Positions 38,895 through 48,687 of a stretch of 64,000 bases of DNA are shown here, piece by piece. The stretch lies in IMG/VR virus record IMGVR_UViG_3300013104_000002, positions 32,001 through 96,000 of that record; one strand, given 5' to 3'. A program made the translations under genes and the position numbers. How positions within the stretch are numbered: position 1 is the stretch's first letter; the number at the start of each line of letters is the position of its first letter. Origin of the DNA: a virus. The notes under the pieces are model-generated. The model saw only the letters and a program-made list of their open reading frames with translations. It ran no database searches and had not been told where the DNA came from.

Positions 38895-41126
38895 TTAAAT
38901 ACTTGAAGGATCAACCCCTGGAATACCAACTTTTGCTGCCAAACCATTTAATAAAGTCTGTAATTGTAGATGTTTACCCTCTTCAATAATTATCATAAAA
39001 TCATGTGTTATGTTTGAACGAGAGCCAGGTGATTGAGATAACAATTGATCTCTGTATTGAACATGGAATCTGATTAATCTTTTATGATATTTTAATATCT
39101 TTTCCTGACTAAGATTTGCACGTACAAATAGATTCTTTTTATAAGTTGTTTTGTTCGTGTAGTGGGCGCGCCCCATGGCTTCGGCTCCAAAAAATGACTC
39201 ACTTAAGTTGTCCACATCTTGAGCATATTCTAATTTTTCGACTCTTGCAAATTCAACATCTGCGTCATAATTACTGCCAGTATAGTTTAAGATATCATCT
39301 TCCCTCCAACCAAATGACGCAGAACGAACTTTTAACGAAGTTTGAATAAACGGAATCCAGTCCTCTTCTACGCTTTCTGGATAAATATAAAAAGGCTTAC
39401 CTTTAATATAGAATCCCATCAAGGCTGAGTCTGAGCTTTCGTCTGCTTGCTCTTTCCAGTATATTTCTTCAAAAGGAAGTGGTGCTTCTGCTGTGAAAGG
39501 CTGTAAGAAAATGGCTGAGCATTCATCACATACTAAGTTAGATAAAACTGTAGTAGAATAAACTCTTTTACATCCTCCAACTTGTGCTGCTGATACTTGT
39601 GTTACTGCGCTTAAAGTTTCTGTCAATCCTCCTGCTGTTGCTGTAACTGTTGGAAAAGATTCTGTTGGTGCTACTATTGTTAATACTGCTCCTGATGCTG
39701 TAACTGTTGCTCCTTTTGCAGATAGAATATTTGCGCCGTGTGCTGCAACGAATGCTGCTACTGTAGCTGTTGGGCTTGTGATATAAGTTGTAGCGTAAGT
39801 AGTTCCACCAATAACTAAGGACATGTCTCCTGTGCTTCCTGTGATAGTAGCTGTTCTTGAAGAGTTTCCTGTAAAACCTCCTTCAATGATTGTCAATTCT
39901 GGATAAGCAGCTTGTAATTCTGTTAAACGAGATTGACCGCACTCATTATCTTTTAAAATAATAGAGTAATTTTTAACAACAGCTGTACAAGTTTCGCCAT
40001 CTGTCCAAGTATAAGTAGTTGAAGTAGAATCAGAACATACATTTTCTGTTTGTCCTATTACTTTTACTTCTGCTGTTGGGTTTGCTGTTACAAAAGTTGT
40101 ATGTTCTGCCTGAGTTAAAACGTTATCTAAAACTACTGAATAAGTTCCTTTACCATCTTTATTTCCGAATTTTACCGCTGTTCCTGAAACTGCTCCTGGA
40201 ATTGCTTGTACAGTTGATGTACTGTTTGATCCATCGTCCTCTAAAGATACATGGTAAACAATACCTCCTGTTAGTGAGTCATAACCTGCTTGGCAAGCTT
40301 CACATCCTTTTGCATATACATTATAAATTGTTTTTGTATAATCTGCTAAAGTTGCAGAAGCCAAATGTAAAATTGTATAAGTAGAAGTTCCATCTAATCT
40401 TGCTGTTCTTTCAACTTTATAAGCTGGATACTGTGCTTGAATATCTGCTAAATCGTTAGAATCTCCATTATCAATTACATTGATTGTAGAGAATACAGAG
40501 TCAACTCCTGTTTGTGCTACTGTTTCGCTATTGATAACACCTACTTCTAAGAATTTAGACAAGCTATCTTCTGTTGAAGTATATCCATTAGCAACTGGAA
40601 TTTTATCCTCGTTGATTTCTTTTACTAATCTTTCGATTACCGTTTGCATTGATTCTCCTTTTTCTCTGTAAGCACGTTTTTGAATAACATACTCACTTCT
40701 TCCAAAAAATAAAGAGGCTACATCGCCATAAACTACGATGTCTACTGGTGCAGATTTTCCTTCTGGAATATTTAATGCTGTGTCTGCGTCAATACCATCG
40801 TATCCTACTTCTAAGTAGTCTACTTTTAATTCTACGTTTGTAGGAGCATATCCTTTAATATCAACAATACTTCCGATTGGGAAAAATCCTGTTGATTGTG
40901 ATGCTACTTCGTTGATACGTAGATTTCCTGGGGTAGTTGTTTCCCCTACTCTGAATGAAATAAGATCTTTTGAGGTCATGCCTGCAAAACTAGAAACTAC
41001 TTCAGCTCCTTGTCCTTTTACCGCCTTATTTTTGACAATAGCTAATTGTCCTTTTGCTAAATTACCTGCATACCCTGTTGTTAAGACATTGGATACTACG
41101 ACAGGTTTCGAGATTGCTCCGTGCAT
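38895..41126 (-). CDS. Abundant structural protein (auxiliary capsid/decoration-like)
   Basis: 743 aa, strongly biased codon usage like the MCP, Ala/Thr-rich inserted domain; position matches the crAss auxiliary capsid gene. Confidence 0.6.
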   Translation of the reverse strand: MHGAISKPVVVSNVLTTGYAGNLAKGQLAIVKNKAVKGQGAEVVSSFAGMTSKDLISFRVGETTTPGNLRINEVASQSTGFFPIGSIVDIKGYAPTNVELKVDYLEVGYDGIDADTALNIPEGKSAPVDIVVYGDVASLFFGRSEYVIQKRAYREKGESMQTVIERLVKEINEDKIPVANGYTSTEDSLSKFLEVGVINSETVAQTGVDSVFSTINVIDNGDSNDLADIQAQYPAYKVERTARLDGTSTYTILHLASATLADYTKTIYNVYAKGCEACQAGYDSLTGGIVYHVSLEDDGSNSTSTVQAIPGAVSGTAVKFGNKDGKGTYSVVLDNVLTQAEHTTFVTANPTAEVKVIGQTENVCSDSTSTTYTWTDGETCTAVVKNYSIILKDNECGQSRLTELQAAYPELTIIEGGFTGNSSRTATITGSTGDMSLVIGGTTYATTYITSPTATVAAFVAAHGANILSAKGATVTASGAVLTIVAPTESFPTVTATAGGLTETLSAVTQVSAAQVGGCKRVYSTTVLSNLVCDECSAIFLQPFTAEAPLPFEEIYWKEQADESSDSALMGFYIKGKPFYIYPESVEEDWIPFIQTSLKVRSASFGWREDDILNYTGSNYDADVEFARVEKLEYAQDVDNLSESFFGAEAMGRAHYTNKTTYKKNLFVRANLSQEKILKYHKRLIRFHVQYRDQLLSQSPGSRSNITHDFMIIIEEGKHLQLQTLLNGLAAKVGIPGVDPSSI

Positions 41127-41154
41127 AATTGTGTTTAGTTAATTTTTGTTGTTT

Positions 41155-41817
41155 TTATTTTTGAATTCTTAAAGTCTGCAATTGATACCTTGGGTTGTTC
41201 TCGTTTATATCTAAATTAAATACCATCAAACTGATAATATCATCTAGAGATTTGTCGTCCCACTCAATTGGATAATTTTCATCGAAACCTGATTCAGGAT
41301 TCTCGTCATTTAATAGTCGGATTTGATTAGGATAACGGTAGTAGTTTAGTAGAATTTCGTTAACCTTAAAAGTCTTATCTGTGTAGATTGATAAGTTATT
41401 TGAGTTCACTGTGAAAGGTGCTTCTCTCCATTCGAATGAGGGTTTAGTAAACTCGTCTTGTAATACTTCATTTAAATTTTCTGTTCTCATTTCATATAGA
41501 GAGATGATATCTTGACAGTTATTTTTTTCTGCTTTAGCTTGGACATCCGCCAAGTCGAAATAATTGTCAGGTAATTTAAAATCGTATTTTTTTTCAGATT
41601 TGGATGAGTAAGGTATCTTATTATCTAGAACTAAAAAATTCTGTATATACCTTACATCATCTACTCCTCTGTTTTGTAAATGTAATGTTTGAAATTTGTT
41701 TTGACTTTCATTAAATAACAAGCAGAATCTGTAATTGTCAGTTGTGATATTATCATTTGTGCCATTTTTTTCAGCTTTAACTAAATACCTCTCTCTTACT
41801 TGTTCTATTGTAGCCAT
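41155..41817 (-). CDS. Tail ring/head-tail adaptor protein
   Basis: 220 aa; LFNESQ...FKLPDNY...DEFTKPS...YYRYP pattern. Confidence 0.7.
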   Translation of the reverse strand: MATIEQVRERYLVKAEKNGTNDNITTDNYRFCLLFNESQNKFQTLHLQNRGVDDVRYIQNFLVLDNKIPYSSKSEKKYDFKLPDNYFDLADVQAKAEKNNCQDIISLYEMRTENLNEVLQDEFTKPSFEWREAPFTVNSNNLSIYTDKTFKVNEILLNYYRYPNQIRLLNDENPESGFDENYPIEWDDKSLDDIISLMVFNLDINENNPRYQLQTLRIQK

Positions 41818-41819
41818 TA

Positions 41820-42800
41820 TTAAACTTCTCTTCTTACTTCTGGGTTCTGTTCAATTAATTCTTCGATAGCCTTGTATTGTGCTGAATTAGTATTCAAACA
41901 GAATTCTGCTATTGCTTGCATTGTAAGTCCTAGAAAAACTCCTCCGTTTTCTGTTACATATCCGCGTCTGTCTTTTTTAATTTTTCTTAGTTTGAAAAGT
42001 TGATTGACAGCATGGAAAAATTCCATTTTGGTTTGTCCTTCTTTTGTTTCATAATCTTCGCAGGCTGCTATAAATCTTTCTGCGAAATCTATACCTTCTT
42101 TAGGTGCATTGATATAGTCAAAATAGATAATCTTCAGATCTTCAGAGTCAACTTTACTTGTAACTTCTCTGTTCAAATACTGTAAGATTAAATCCAATTT
42201 ATCTCTATCTCCATCCGCTAAAATATTAAACTTACTAATTGCTTGTAAACGAGTCTTAGTTTGTTCTTTTTTCTTGTTTTTAGTCGCCTGTGGATTAGAT
42301 ATTGTAAACTGAGCGTCTTTTCTGTAAAATGGATTTTTCTCGTTTTTATCGCACGCAACTCCTTGAATGATAATTTGAAATAATTCAAAAAGTTGATCAG
42401 GTAGATTTGTATCAAACTCTTTATTTACGTAAGCTTCGTATCTGTATGAGTTTAAAAACTCATTTTTTTCAGATGGGTTTAAGTCTACGTTTCTAAACTT
42501 TTCAAACGGTTCTTTAATCTGTTTATTATAGATGGGGATTAATTCTTTTCTATCTTCTGCCGAATAATCGCTTAGACAATAAGATCCATCGTAAAATCCA
42601 GTATCGTATATATTTTTTTTATAGTCGAAATTTATACAATCCATAACTCCACTGCCTGTGAAAGGAAATTTTGTAGCCCCTATAGATTGTAATGCAGGGT
42701 TTGCATTTCCATCTGGTTTGTGATCTAAAACGTATTTTTGTCCTATTTCAATAAGGACATTACCAATATTAAATTTATTTGATTTTTTTGTAAATGCCAT
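41820..42800 (-). CDS. Conserved head-module protein downstream of the MCP
   Basis: 326 aa; YDTGF and FLG motifs; crAss synteny. Confidence 0.55.
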   Translation of the reverse strand: MAFTKKSNKFNIGNVLIEIGQKYVLDHKPDGNANPALQSIGATKFPFTGSGVMDCINFDYKKNIYDTGFYDGSYCLSDYSAEDRKELIPIYNKQIKEPFEKFRNVDLNPSEKNEFLNSYRYEAYVNKEFDTNLPDQLFELFQIIIQGVACDKNEKNPFYRKDAQFTISNPQATKNKKKEQTKTRLQAISKFNILADGDRDKLDLILQYLNREVTSKVDSEDLKIIYFDYINAPKEGIDFAERFIAACEDYETKEGQTKMEFFHAVNQLFKLRKIKKDRRGYVTENGGVFLGLTMQAIAEFCLNTNSAQYKAIEELIEQNPEVRREV

Positions 42801-42839
42801 TTCTTTTTTCTTTTGTTTTTCTTTCTTCTTTTTGAATTA

Positions 42840-42863
42840 CAGCCCCTAAATTAATAGGGACTG
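42840..42863 (-). terminator. Hairpin after the MCP (terminator or mRNA-stabilising stem)
   Basis: CAGTCCCTA-loop-TAGGGGCTG; weak U-tract. Confidence 0.55.
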
Positions 42864-42879
42864 ATCTTCTTTTTTATTC

Positions 42880-44604
42880 TTATCTGATTCCAGACATTCT
42901 ATTTTTAAGTTCGATTGTTACGAATTTACTTGGGTCTGGCATCCACATTGCACCAAATCCATAAATCCAGAAACCTTCTCCCATTAATTTTCCTGCTGCT
43001 GCAATATCTGAGGCTTTTCTTGAACTATAACGTCCGTTATCTCTACCCCATACAATTGGATTTTTCTCTGGTTTAACCATGTAGACATTGTGTCTTGCTT
43101 GTGTTTCCCCACCTACTGCTCTTGTTCCTTCTGGAAGAGTTGCATTAGAAGAGAATCTTTGGTCTGTTACATCCCAGATATATCCTGAATAAGTTGTGAA
43201 ATCTTTTCCACCTGGATTGATTCCTCTTACGCGTGGATCAGGTGAACCTCCTAAGTAATCTAGTGTCCTGTCTTCTGTAGCTGATAATTTACCTACTCCT
43301 GGAATTACTGCTGATGTGAATTTTACTTTACCTAGAGACATATTATCCCAAGTTCCTGTAACAGGGCTTGAATCCATAATTCTGTCTGCTCCCATTAAAG
43401 CTCCTAAGTTATTTAATTGAGATAAAGCTTGAGCTGAAATAATTGCTTCAATATTTTGGTATAATTCACTACCTGCATCAATATTCAAATATGTATCTTC
43501 GATTTGAGAATCATTGTACATATAAACGTAGTTTCTGATTTGAGTTAAATCTGCAATAGTTAAACCTCCTTTTTTATTATAAGTAAAGATTTTACCACGT
43601 CTCATTTGTTGCCAAAGTCCCTCATTAAATTCGATTACACCTTTAGATGTAGAAATTTTAGCTGCTGGCATGAACATCAAAGCACTATTAAATCTTTCTG
43701 TAAAAGAACGCATTGTAAGTAACTCTAAAATATCTGCTGCGGAAACTAATTGCTGTCCTGTAGAAGTTGTAGCTTTAATCATTGCAAGCGGTGTGTCTTC
43801 TACTCCTGCTGCTGACAATTCTTGTAAATATTTTTGAGTGTCGGCTGTTGTATAACCTGAGTTTAGTTTATATGAGTCAGCTTTTCCTGTAAACCAGTGT
43901 TCTGCTCCTTGCCCGCTTCCTAGTTTGAATTCACATTCAATATAATTAGTAGCATCTGGTAAGTGAGGGATACCTAATTTTTCAGAGTATTCTGCAATAT
44001 AAGAGTTGGAAGTTACTTGGTAAACTACATCGGCTTGTAAGTAAGATGCCTGATAAACTTTGTTTTTGTCGTTTTCTGAACCAATTAAACTCACATAATG
44101 CTCATATCCATTTCCTACATACTGAGGTTCTGGAGTTTCAGCGACCATAAGGAAGTCACCATATGCTTTATCAATACTTAGAGTTTGAAAAGGAGCTAGT
44201 TTTTTATTAAGTACAATTCTGAAAGTTGTACCATCTGCTCCTACATATCCGTCAGGTGATTGATCAGAAGTATCTTCTACAGTTCTGAAACAGTTGTCTG
44301 TCTCTACTGCCATTTTATACTTAAATCCTCCATCCTGTCCGTTTACAGTAAGAACTGCATTTGAACTAGTTACTTTCTTATAGATTGAGCTTGAAAATGA
44401 AGTTCTTTTCATTACCTGCTCATCCCATTTGTTTTGTAACATTAACATGTTACGGTTAGGATCTAATTCAATAAAAGACGTAAGCATGATACTAGAATCT
44501 AGGTATCCTTGTTGCGCTGGTATTAAATTAGCCTTACTAACAGGAGCGATAGACATATCGGTAATGGCTGCTCCATTAATTGCTAAACCTTGGTTTGAAT
44601 ACAT
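42880..44604 (-). CDS. Major capsid protein (crAss-like HK97 fold)
   Basis: 574 aa; GADGTTFRIVLNK, GLWQQMRRG and MWMPDPSK motifs; portal-scaffold-MCP order; highly biased codons. Confidence 0.85.
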   Translation of the reverse strand: MYSNQGLAINGAAITDMSIAPVSKANLIPAQQGYLDSSIMLTSFIELDPNRNMLMLQNKWDEQVMKRTSFSSSIYKKVTSSNAVLTVNGQDGGFKYKMAVETDNCFRTVEDTSDQSPDGYVGADGTTFRIVLNKKLAPFQTLSIDKAYGDFLMVAETPEPQYVGNGYEHYVSLIGSENDKNKVYQASYLQADVVYQVTSNSYIAEYSEKLGIPHLPDATNYIECEFKLGSGQGAEHWFTGKADSYKLNSGYTTADTQKYLQELSAAGVEDTPLAMIKATTSTGQQLVSAADILELLTMRSFTERFNSALMFMPAAKISTSKGVIEFNEGLWQQMRRGKIFTYNKKGGLTIADLTQIRNYVYMYNDSQIEDTYLNIDAGSELYQNIEAIISAQALSQLNNLGALMGADRIMDSSPVTGTWDNMSLGKVKFTSAVIPGVGKLSATEDRTLDYLGGSPDPRVRGINPGGKDFTTYSGYIWDVTDQRFSSNATLPEGTRAVGGETQARHNVYMVKPEKNPIVWGRDNGRYSSRKASDIAAAGKLMGEGFWIYGFGAMWMPDPSKFVTIELKNRMSGIR

Positions 44605-44615
44605 TCGTTTTTATT

Positions 44616-45716
44616 TTATTTTTGTTTGAAATCATTAATAACTTTATCTGCGTAATCTTCTAAAGATTCTTTAGCTAAAGTTGGTTTTTTTGTATTATTT
44701 AAATTTACTGTGAAAAGTCCTTTTGCGTTCTCTACTTTTGTTTCTAATACTTTCTTAGATGCTACCCATTTTTTAAATTCTGCTGGATTACTTAAAAAAT
44801 AAGTTAATTCTGCGTACATTTCTGGGTTTTTAACAGCTTCAAAATAAAGTTTATCTGTGTTTGATATTTTATCGTTATCTAATTTTGTAGCGTTTTCTAC
44901 TAAAACTTTTTGAATATTATCTGGAATTCCCCATTCCTTATATTTACTTGAAATATTCTTTCTAAGATTCTTTAACTCTTCTTTTTCTTTTTCTATACGG
45001 GCAAACTCGTCTCTTCTCTTTTCTTCTATTTTATCTGCTTGGATTGCTAAATGTGAATCTATAATAGTATTTGCTTCTTCTTCTAATACGCCGTTTTCAA
45101 TATATTCTTGAAGTTGAGCATCAATTAACTTCTTACTAAGTCCTTTTTGTTGTAGATTATAAGCTACAATATTGATTTGAGTGTTTTCTCTTAAATTAGA
45201 ATTATCACTATTTAAATTAGCTTTTAAACCTTCAAGTTGTTCAATAGCTGTAATATTTTCTTTAATGATTTCTGAAATATTTCCTCCAGCCTGTTTTACT
45301 TCTATAAGCTTTCTGGTCTGTTCATCTAGGTTTTCTACTGGAATATATTTCTCTTTTCGCTCTTTTTCCTTCTCAGCTCTATACCCTGCTAATATTTGTT
45401 GATAACCTTCCTCTGTTAAATCTTCTATGTCTTCTAAGTAAACCTCTTTGTCATTATATGTAATTGCGAAGTTTTCTAAAAAACCGTATTTAATATCTGA
45501 CTTTAATCTATTACTATAGTCAGAACTAATTATTGTTTGACTTACTGGGGGTTCAACTACTGGCTCGGTTTCTAACTTGGGTTCTACGGCATTCTCTTTT
45601 GTAGTTGGCTCAACTTGGTTTACTATAGGTTCAGTTACTGGAGCTTGTGTTGTCTCTCCGAATATGCTGGCTAATAATTCTTGTGAGTTTACTACTTGTG
45701 CATTTTGGTTTTCCAT
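44616..45716 (-). CDS. Scaffold-like acidic protein between portal and MCP
   Basis: Probable start MENQ at 45716 (the upstream ATG lies inside the promoter); P/E-rich disordered N-terminus and coiled coil. Confidence 0.65.
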   Translation of the reverse strand: MENQNAQVVNSQELLASIFGETTQAPVTEPIVNQVEPTTKENAVEPKLETEPVVEPPVSQTIISSDYSNRLKSDIKYGFLENFAITYNDKEVYLEDIEDLTEEGYQQILAGYRAEKEKERKEKYIPVENLDEQTRKLIEVKQAGGNISEIIKENITAIEQLEGLKANLNSDNSNLRENTQINIVAYNLQQKGLSKKLIDAQLQEYIENGVLEEEANTIIDSHLAIQADKIEEKRRDEFARIEKEKEELKNLRKNISSKYKEWGIPDNIQKVLVENATKLDNDKISNTDKLYFEAVKNPEMYAELTYFLSNPAEFKKWVASKKVLETKVENAKGLFTVNLNNTKKPTLAKESLEDYADKVINDFKQK

Positions 45717-45727
45717 CTTTCTTTGTG

Positions 45728-45759
45728 CAAATTTATTATTTAATGTTTTATTATACAAA
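45728..45759 (-). promoter_or_regulatory. Bacteroidota-type promoter
   Basis: TTTG-N20-TAAATTTG. Confidence 0.85.
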
Positions 45760-45826
45760 TGTGTTAAAGCTGTTGTAATTTGTTATAAAAATTTTTGTCA
45801 ATTACAAATTTTGTCAAATCTTATTT

Positions 45827-48613
45827 TTAGTTCTTGTTTTGAATTGCAATTTGATAATCTATATTTTTTAACTGTGCTCTTTGAGCTATTTCAGCTTCTT
45901 TTTGTTTTATTTTCTGAAGTTCTATAAATTTAGTAGATTCATCCATATCCATTTTGCGTTGTAGTTCTTGAGTTCTTAGAGCTATATCGGTTTGATAGGA
46001 TTCTCTTTTTAGATTTAATTCAAAAGCTTTTTCAATATCAGCAGTGTTATCTTCTTTAGTGGATGCTGCGTCTCTACCCAATGCTGTAAGATAAGCTTCT
46101 TTATATTGCCATTCTCCTTTTATATTAGCTAGATTTACTTCATGCGCTTGAAGATCTTCTCGTGCTGCGGTTTGAGCTTCTATATTTTTTGTTAATTGAC
46201 TGTCTTCAAATTGTCTTTGCTGTTCTTGATTTTGATTAGTACGTGCTCTCATTTCCTTACTCAATTGTCGTAATTTAAGCGTATAAGGATTAGTGAAAAT
46301 ATCTACTAAATCTCCAAAATCTTTTTGAATTGTGTTATCTGACAACAACATTTGTTGCAATGCTTTTACTAATGCTCTATCTTTAGAGGTAGCTACAGGA
46401 AGTATAGAAATTCTTCTTAAAGGGAAATATTCTGGGTCTTCTGCTAGTATATCTATAAAGTGATTTGAACCATCGGTATTCTTAATCAATCTTGTAGAAG
46501 ATTTTCCATTTACTTCACATTGTTGGGCTATTGCTATATGAAGTTCATTAGCTTTAGATTTAGAAGTATTGAATTCATCTATGTAATTTGAGATAAGAGC
46601 ATAGCTTGCAGTAGCTTGTTGAGTTACGCCTTCTGCTGTTTCATAAGTTGTTGGTGCACCTAACATTTGAGGTGTAATTCCTACTTGCTGGAATCCTTGT
46701 TGTCTGAATGTCTCAGCTATTTGCATTCTGTATTGAACTTGTGCGGCGAAAACAACTTCATTTCTTTGAAATACGTTCGGATAAACAGAACTTCCTTGGG
46801 TGTTAGTTCGTGATAAATCCATTGGCATCATCTTAGTGAGTTTAATAGTATTTGAGAGAGAGTATAATGCTTCTTCTGTAGTTTGATCTTTATATTCCTG
46901 TCCTAAAGCGTTTATATCAAAAGAATAGAAAACACCTAGTTCATCAGCAAGTAATTCACTTACCTGGTTAAGGCAAATATTGTGTAATTGTTGATAAGGA
47001 AAAGCTTTTTTAATAACGCCATTAGTAATAATTCCTCCAACAGGATGTCTTACCTGATAAATATTACTATCTCCTTTTATTTGTTGTTCTATAGGTTTTC
47101 CCCATAAAATTAAATCTTCTTTTATGTTTAAAGAGTTATTAGATTTAATAACTACCATATAACATGATTGTGGTCTATAATGCCAAGTTATTGTGTTAGC
47201 ATAATCGGATATAGTTCCTTTTTTAAGTGCATCTTGCAATCCTTGAATACTTACATTTCTACGTAATTTTAATTCATTGTCAGTTATGAATTCTTTTACA
47301 ATATCCTCGGTTACTATCTCTATATCTAGACTTCCTACTTCATTTTCATAAACTACTATTCCAAACCTTTCCATTGAAGTCCAGTATACTTCCATTATTT
47401 CAACAGAAGAGTTACTTACAATAATATCTGATCTTAATTGTTGAGCCAATCCTTTAGAAGTAGAATTAAAATCTGAACCTGCTCTTGGCATCCATTCATT
47501 TACTACAGTACCGTCTTCTTTTTTAGTGTAAGCTATTGGAGCACCTAAAGCACTCTCCATTTGGAGATTTATGTTATGATCATGATAATTATGAAAAGGT
47601 AATATTTCATTATCAGCAAATGGGGCTTTTCCTTCTCCGCTTAAAGGCATTATACCTTTTTCGTAGTCTGTTCCTTGCCCCCAAAAATCTCCTATTTGTT
47701 CTTGTTGTTTTCCCGTCATTAAATGACCGTACTTTGATATAGTATCTGTTAATGACATTTCTGTCAATCTTCCTATAAAAGAGCAATCCTGTGGATATTT
47801 AGTATTAGCATATTCAGAAAAAAATACTTCCTCTACTTGCCAGTCTTCTATATCATAGTAATCGAATCCTACTCTGTAGTGTCTGAACCATCTTCCTGTT
47901 AAGATATAATCTACTAATCTGTTTTTATCGGCTTCTTCTAAATGGAATTTCTTTTTATCTGCTGTTAAAACATTTGAAGCCCATTCAGATGCAATTACTT
48001 TGAAATTTTTGGATAAATCTCTTTCTATTTCATCAGGAGTCAGTTTTTTAACTTCTGCATCTAATTGTGCTAAATATTGTTGCTTCTCTTCTTCTGATGA
48101 AAACTCTTGTTGATTAGGATTAATTCCACGCGCAATAAGCATTCTGTCAATTTCTCTCTTGAATAAAGCTTGTGCATATTGATTTAATTTTTCTGTCCTG
48201 GCGCGAATATATTCGTTGGTATAGCAATCCGAAACATCTTCTATGTTATATTGACTGTCAGTTTCTGCAAATACTCCTTTGATGGCATTAGCAATAATTC
48301 CAAGAAAGTCAAAATGTTTTAGACTTGTTGGAATAGGTACATCAGAAGCTAAAGCTTGAAATTCTTGTAATTCGGTATTATTTAAAGTTTTTTCTATATC
48401 TACAGAACGGTATACAAACTCTCCTTCTGTCATTTTTCTTATTTCAGAAAATACAGAGTTTCTTCTTCTTTGTTGTGTTGCTTGCCAATATAGGGCATCA
48501 GCATTTGCTTTCAACCAAGCATCTGTCTTCTTAGACTTTGGAAGTGTCTGTACAGGAAGGTCTCTAAATGTGGAACCTCCGTTAATTTTACTTAATACAT
48601 CGTATTCTTGCAC
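45827..48613 (-). CDS. Portal protein
   Basis: 928 aa (GTG start) after the terminase; LPVQTLP.SKK...W, PYQQLHN and VGITPQMLG motifs; C-terminal coiled-coil barrel. Confidence 0.9.
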   Translation of the reverse strand: MQEYDVLSKINGGSTFRDLPVQTLPKSKKTDAWLKANADALYWQATQQRRRNSVFSEIRKMTEGEFVYRSVDIEKTLNNTELQEFQALASDVPIPTSLKHFDFLGIIANAIKGVFAETDSQYNIEDVSDCYTNEYIRARTEKLNQYAQALFKREIDRMLIARGINPNQQEFSSEEEKQQYLAQLDAEVKKLTPDEIERDLSKNFKVIASEWASNVLTADKKKFHLEEADKNRLVDYILTGRWFRHYRVGFDYYDIEDWQVEEVFFSEYANTKYPQDCSFIGRLTEMSLTDTISKYGHLMTGKQQEQIGDFWGQGTDYEKGIMPLSGEGKAPFADNEILPFHNYHDHNINLQMESALGAPIAYTKKEDGTVVNEWMPRAGSDFNSTSKGLAQQLRSDIIVSNSSVEIMEVYWTSMERFGIVVYENEVGSLDIEIVTEDIVKEFITDNELKLRRNVSIQGLQDALKKGTISDYANTITWHYRPQSCYMVVIKSNNSLNIKEDLILWGKPIEQQIKGDSNIYQVRHPVGGIITNGVIKKAFPYQQLHNICLNQVSELLADELGVFYSFDINALGQEYKDQTTEEALYSLSNTIKLTKMMPMDLSRTNTQGSSVYPNVFQRNEVVFAAQVQYRMQIAETFRQQGFQQVGITPQMLGAPTTYETAEGVTQQATASYALISNYIDEFNTSKSKANELHIAIAQQCEVNGKSSTRLIKNTDGSNHFIDILAEDPEYFPLRRISILPVATSKDRALVKALQQMLLSDNTIQKDFGDLVDIFTNPYTLKLRQLSKEMRARTNQNQEQQRQFEDSQLTKNIEAQTAAREDLQAHEVNLANIKGEWQYKEAYLTALGRDAASTKEDNTADIEKAFELNLKRESYQTDIALRTQELQRKMDMDESTKFIELQKIKQKEAEIAQRAQLKNIDYQIAIQNKN

Positions 48614-48632
48614 GCGGATTTATTTTAATCTA

Positions 48633-48664
48633 CAAAATTAATTATAATAGTTTATATCTACAAA
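48633..48664 (-). promoter_or_regulatory. Bacteroidota-type promoter
   Basis: TTTG-N20-TAATTTTG. Confidence 0.85.
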
Positions 48665-48687
48665 TTTGTTAGATTCATTGTCAAAGG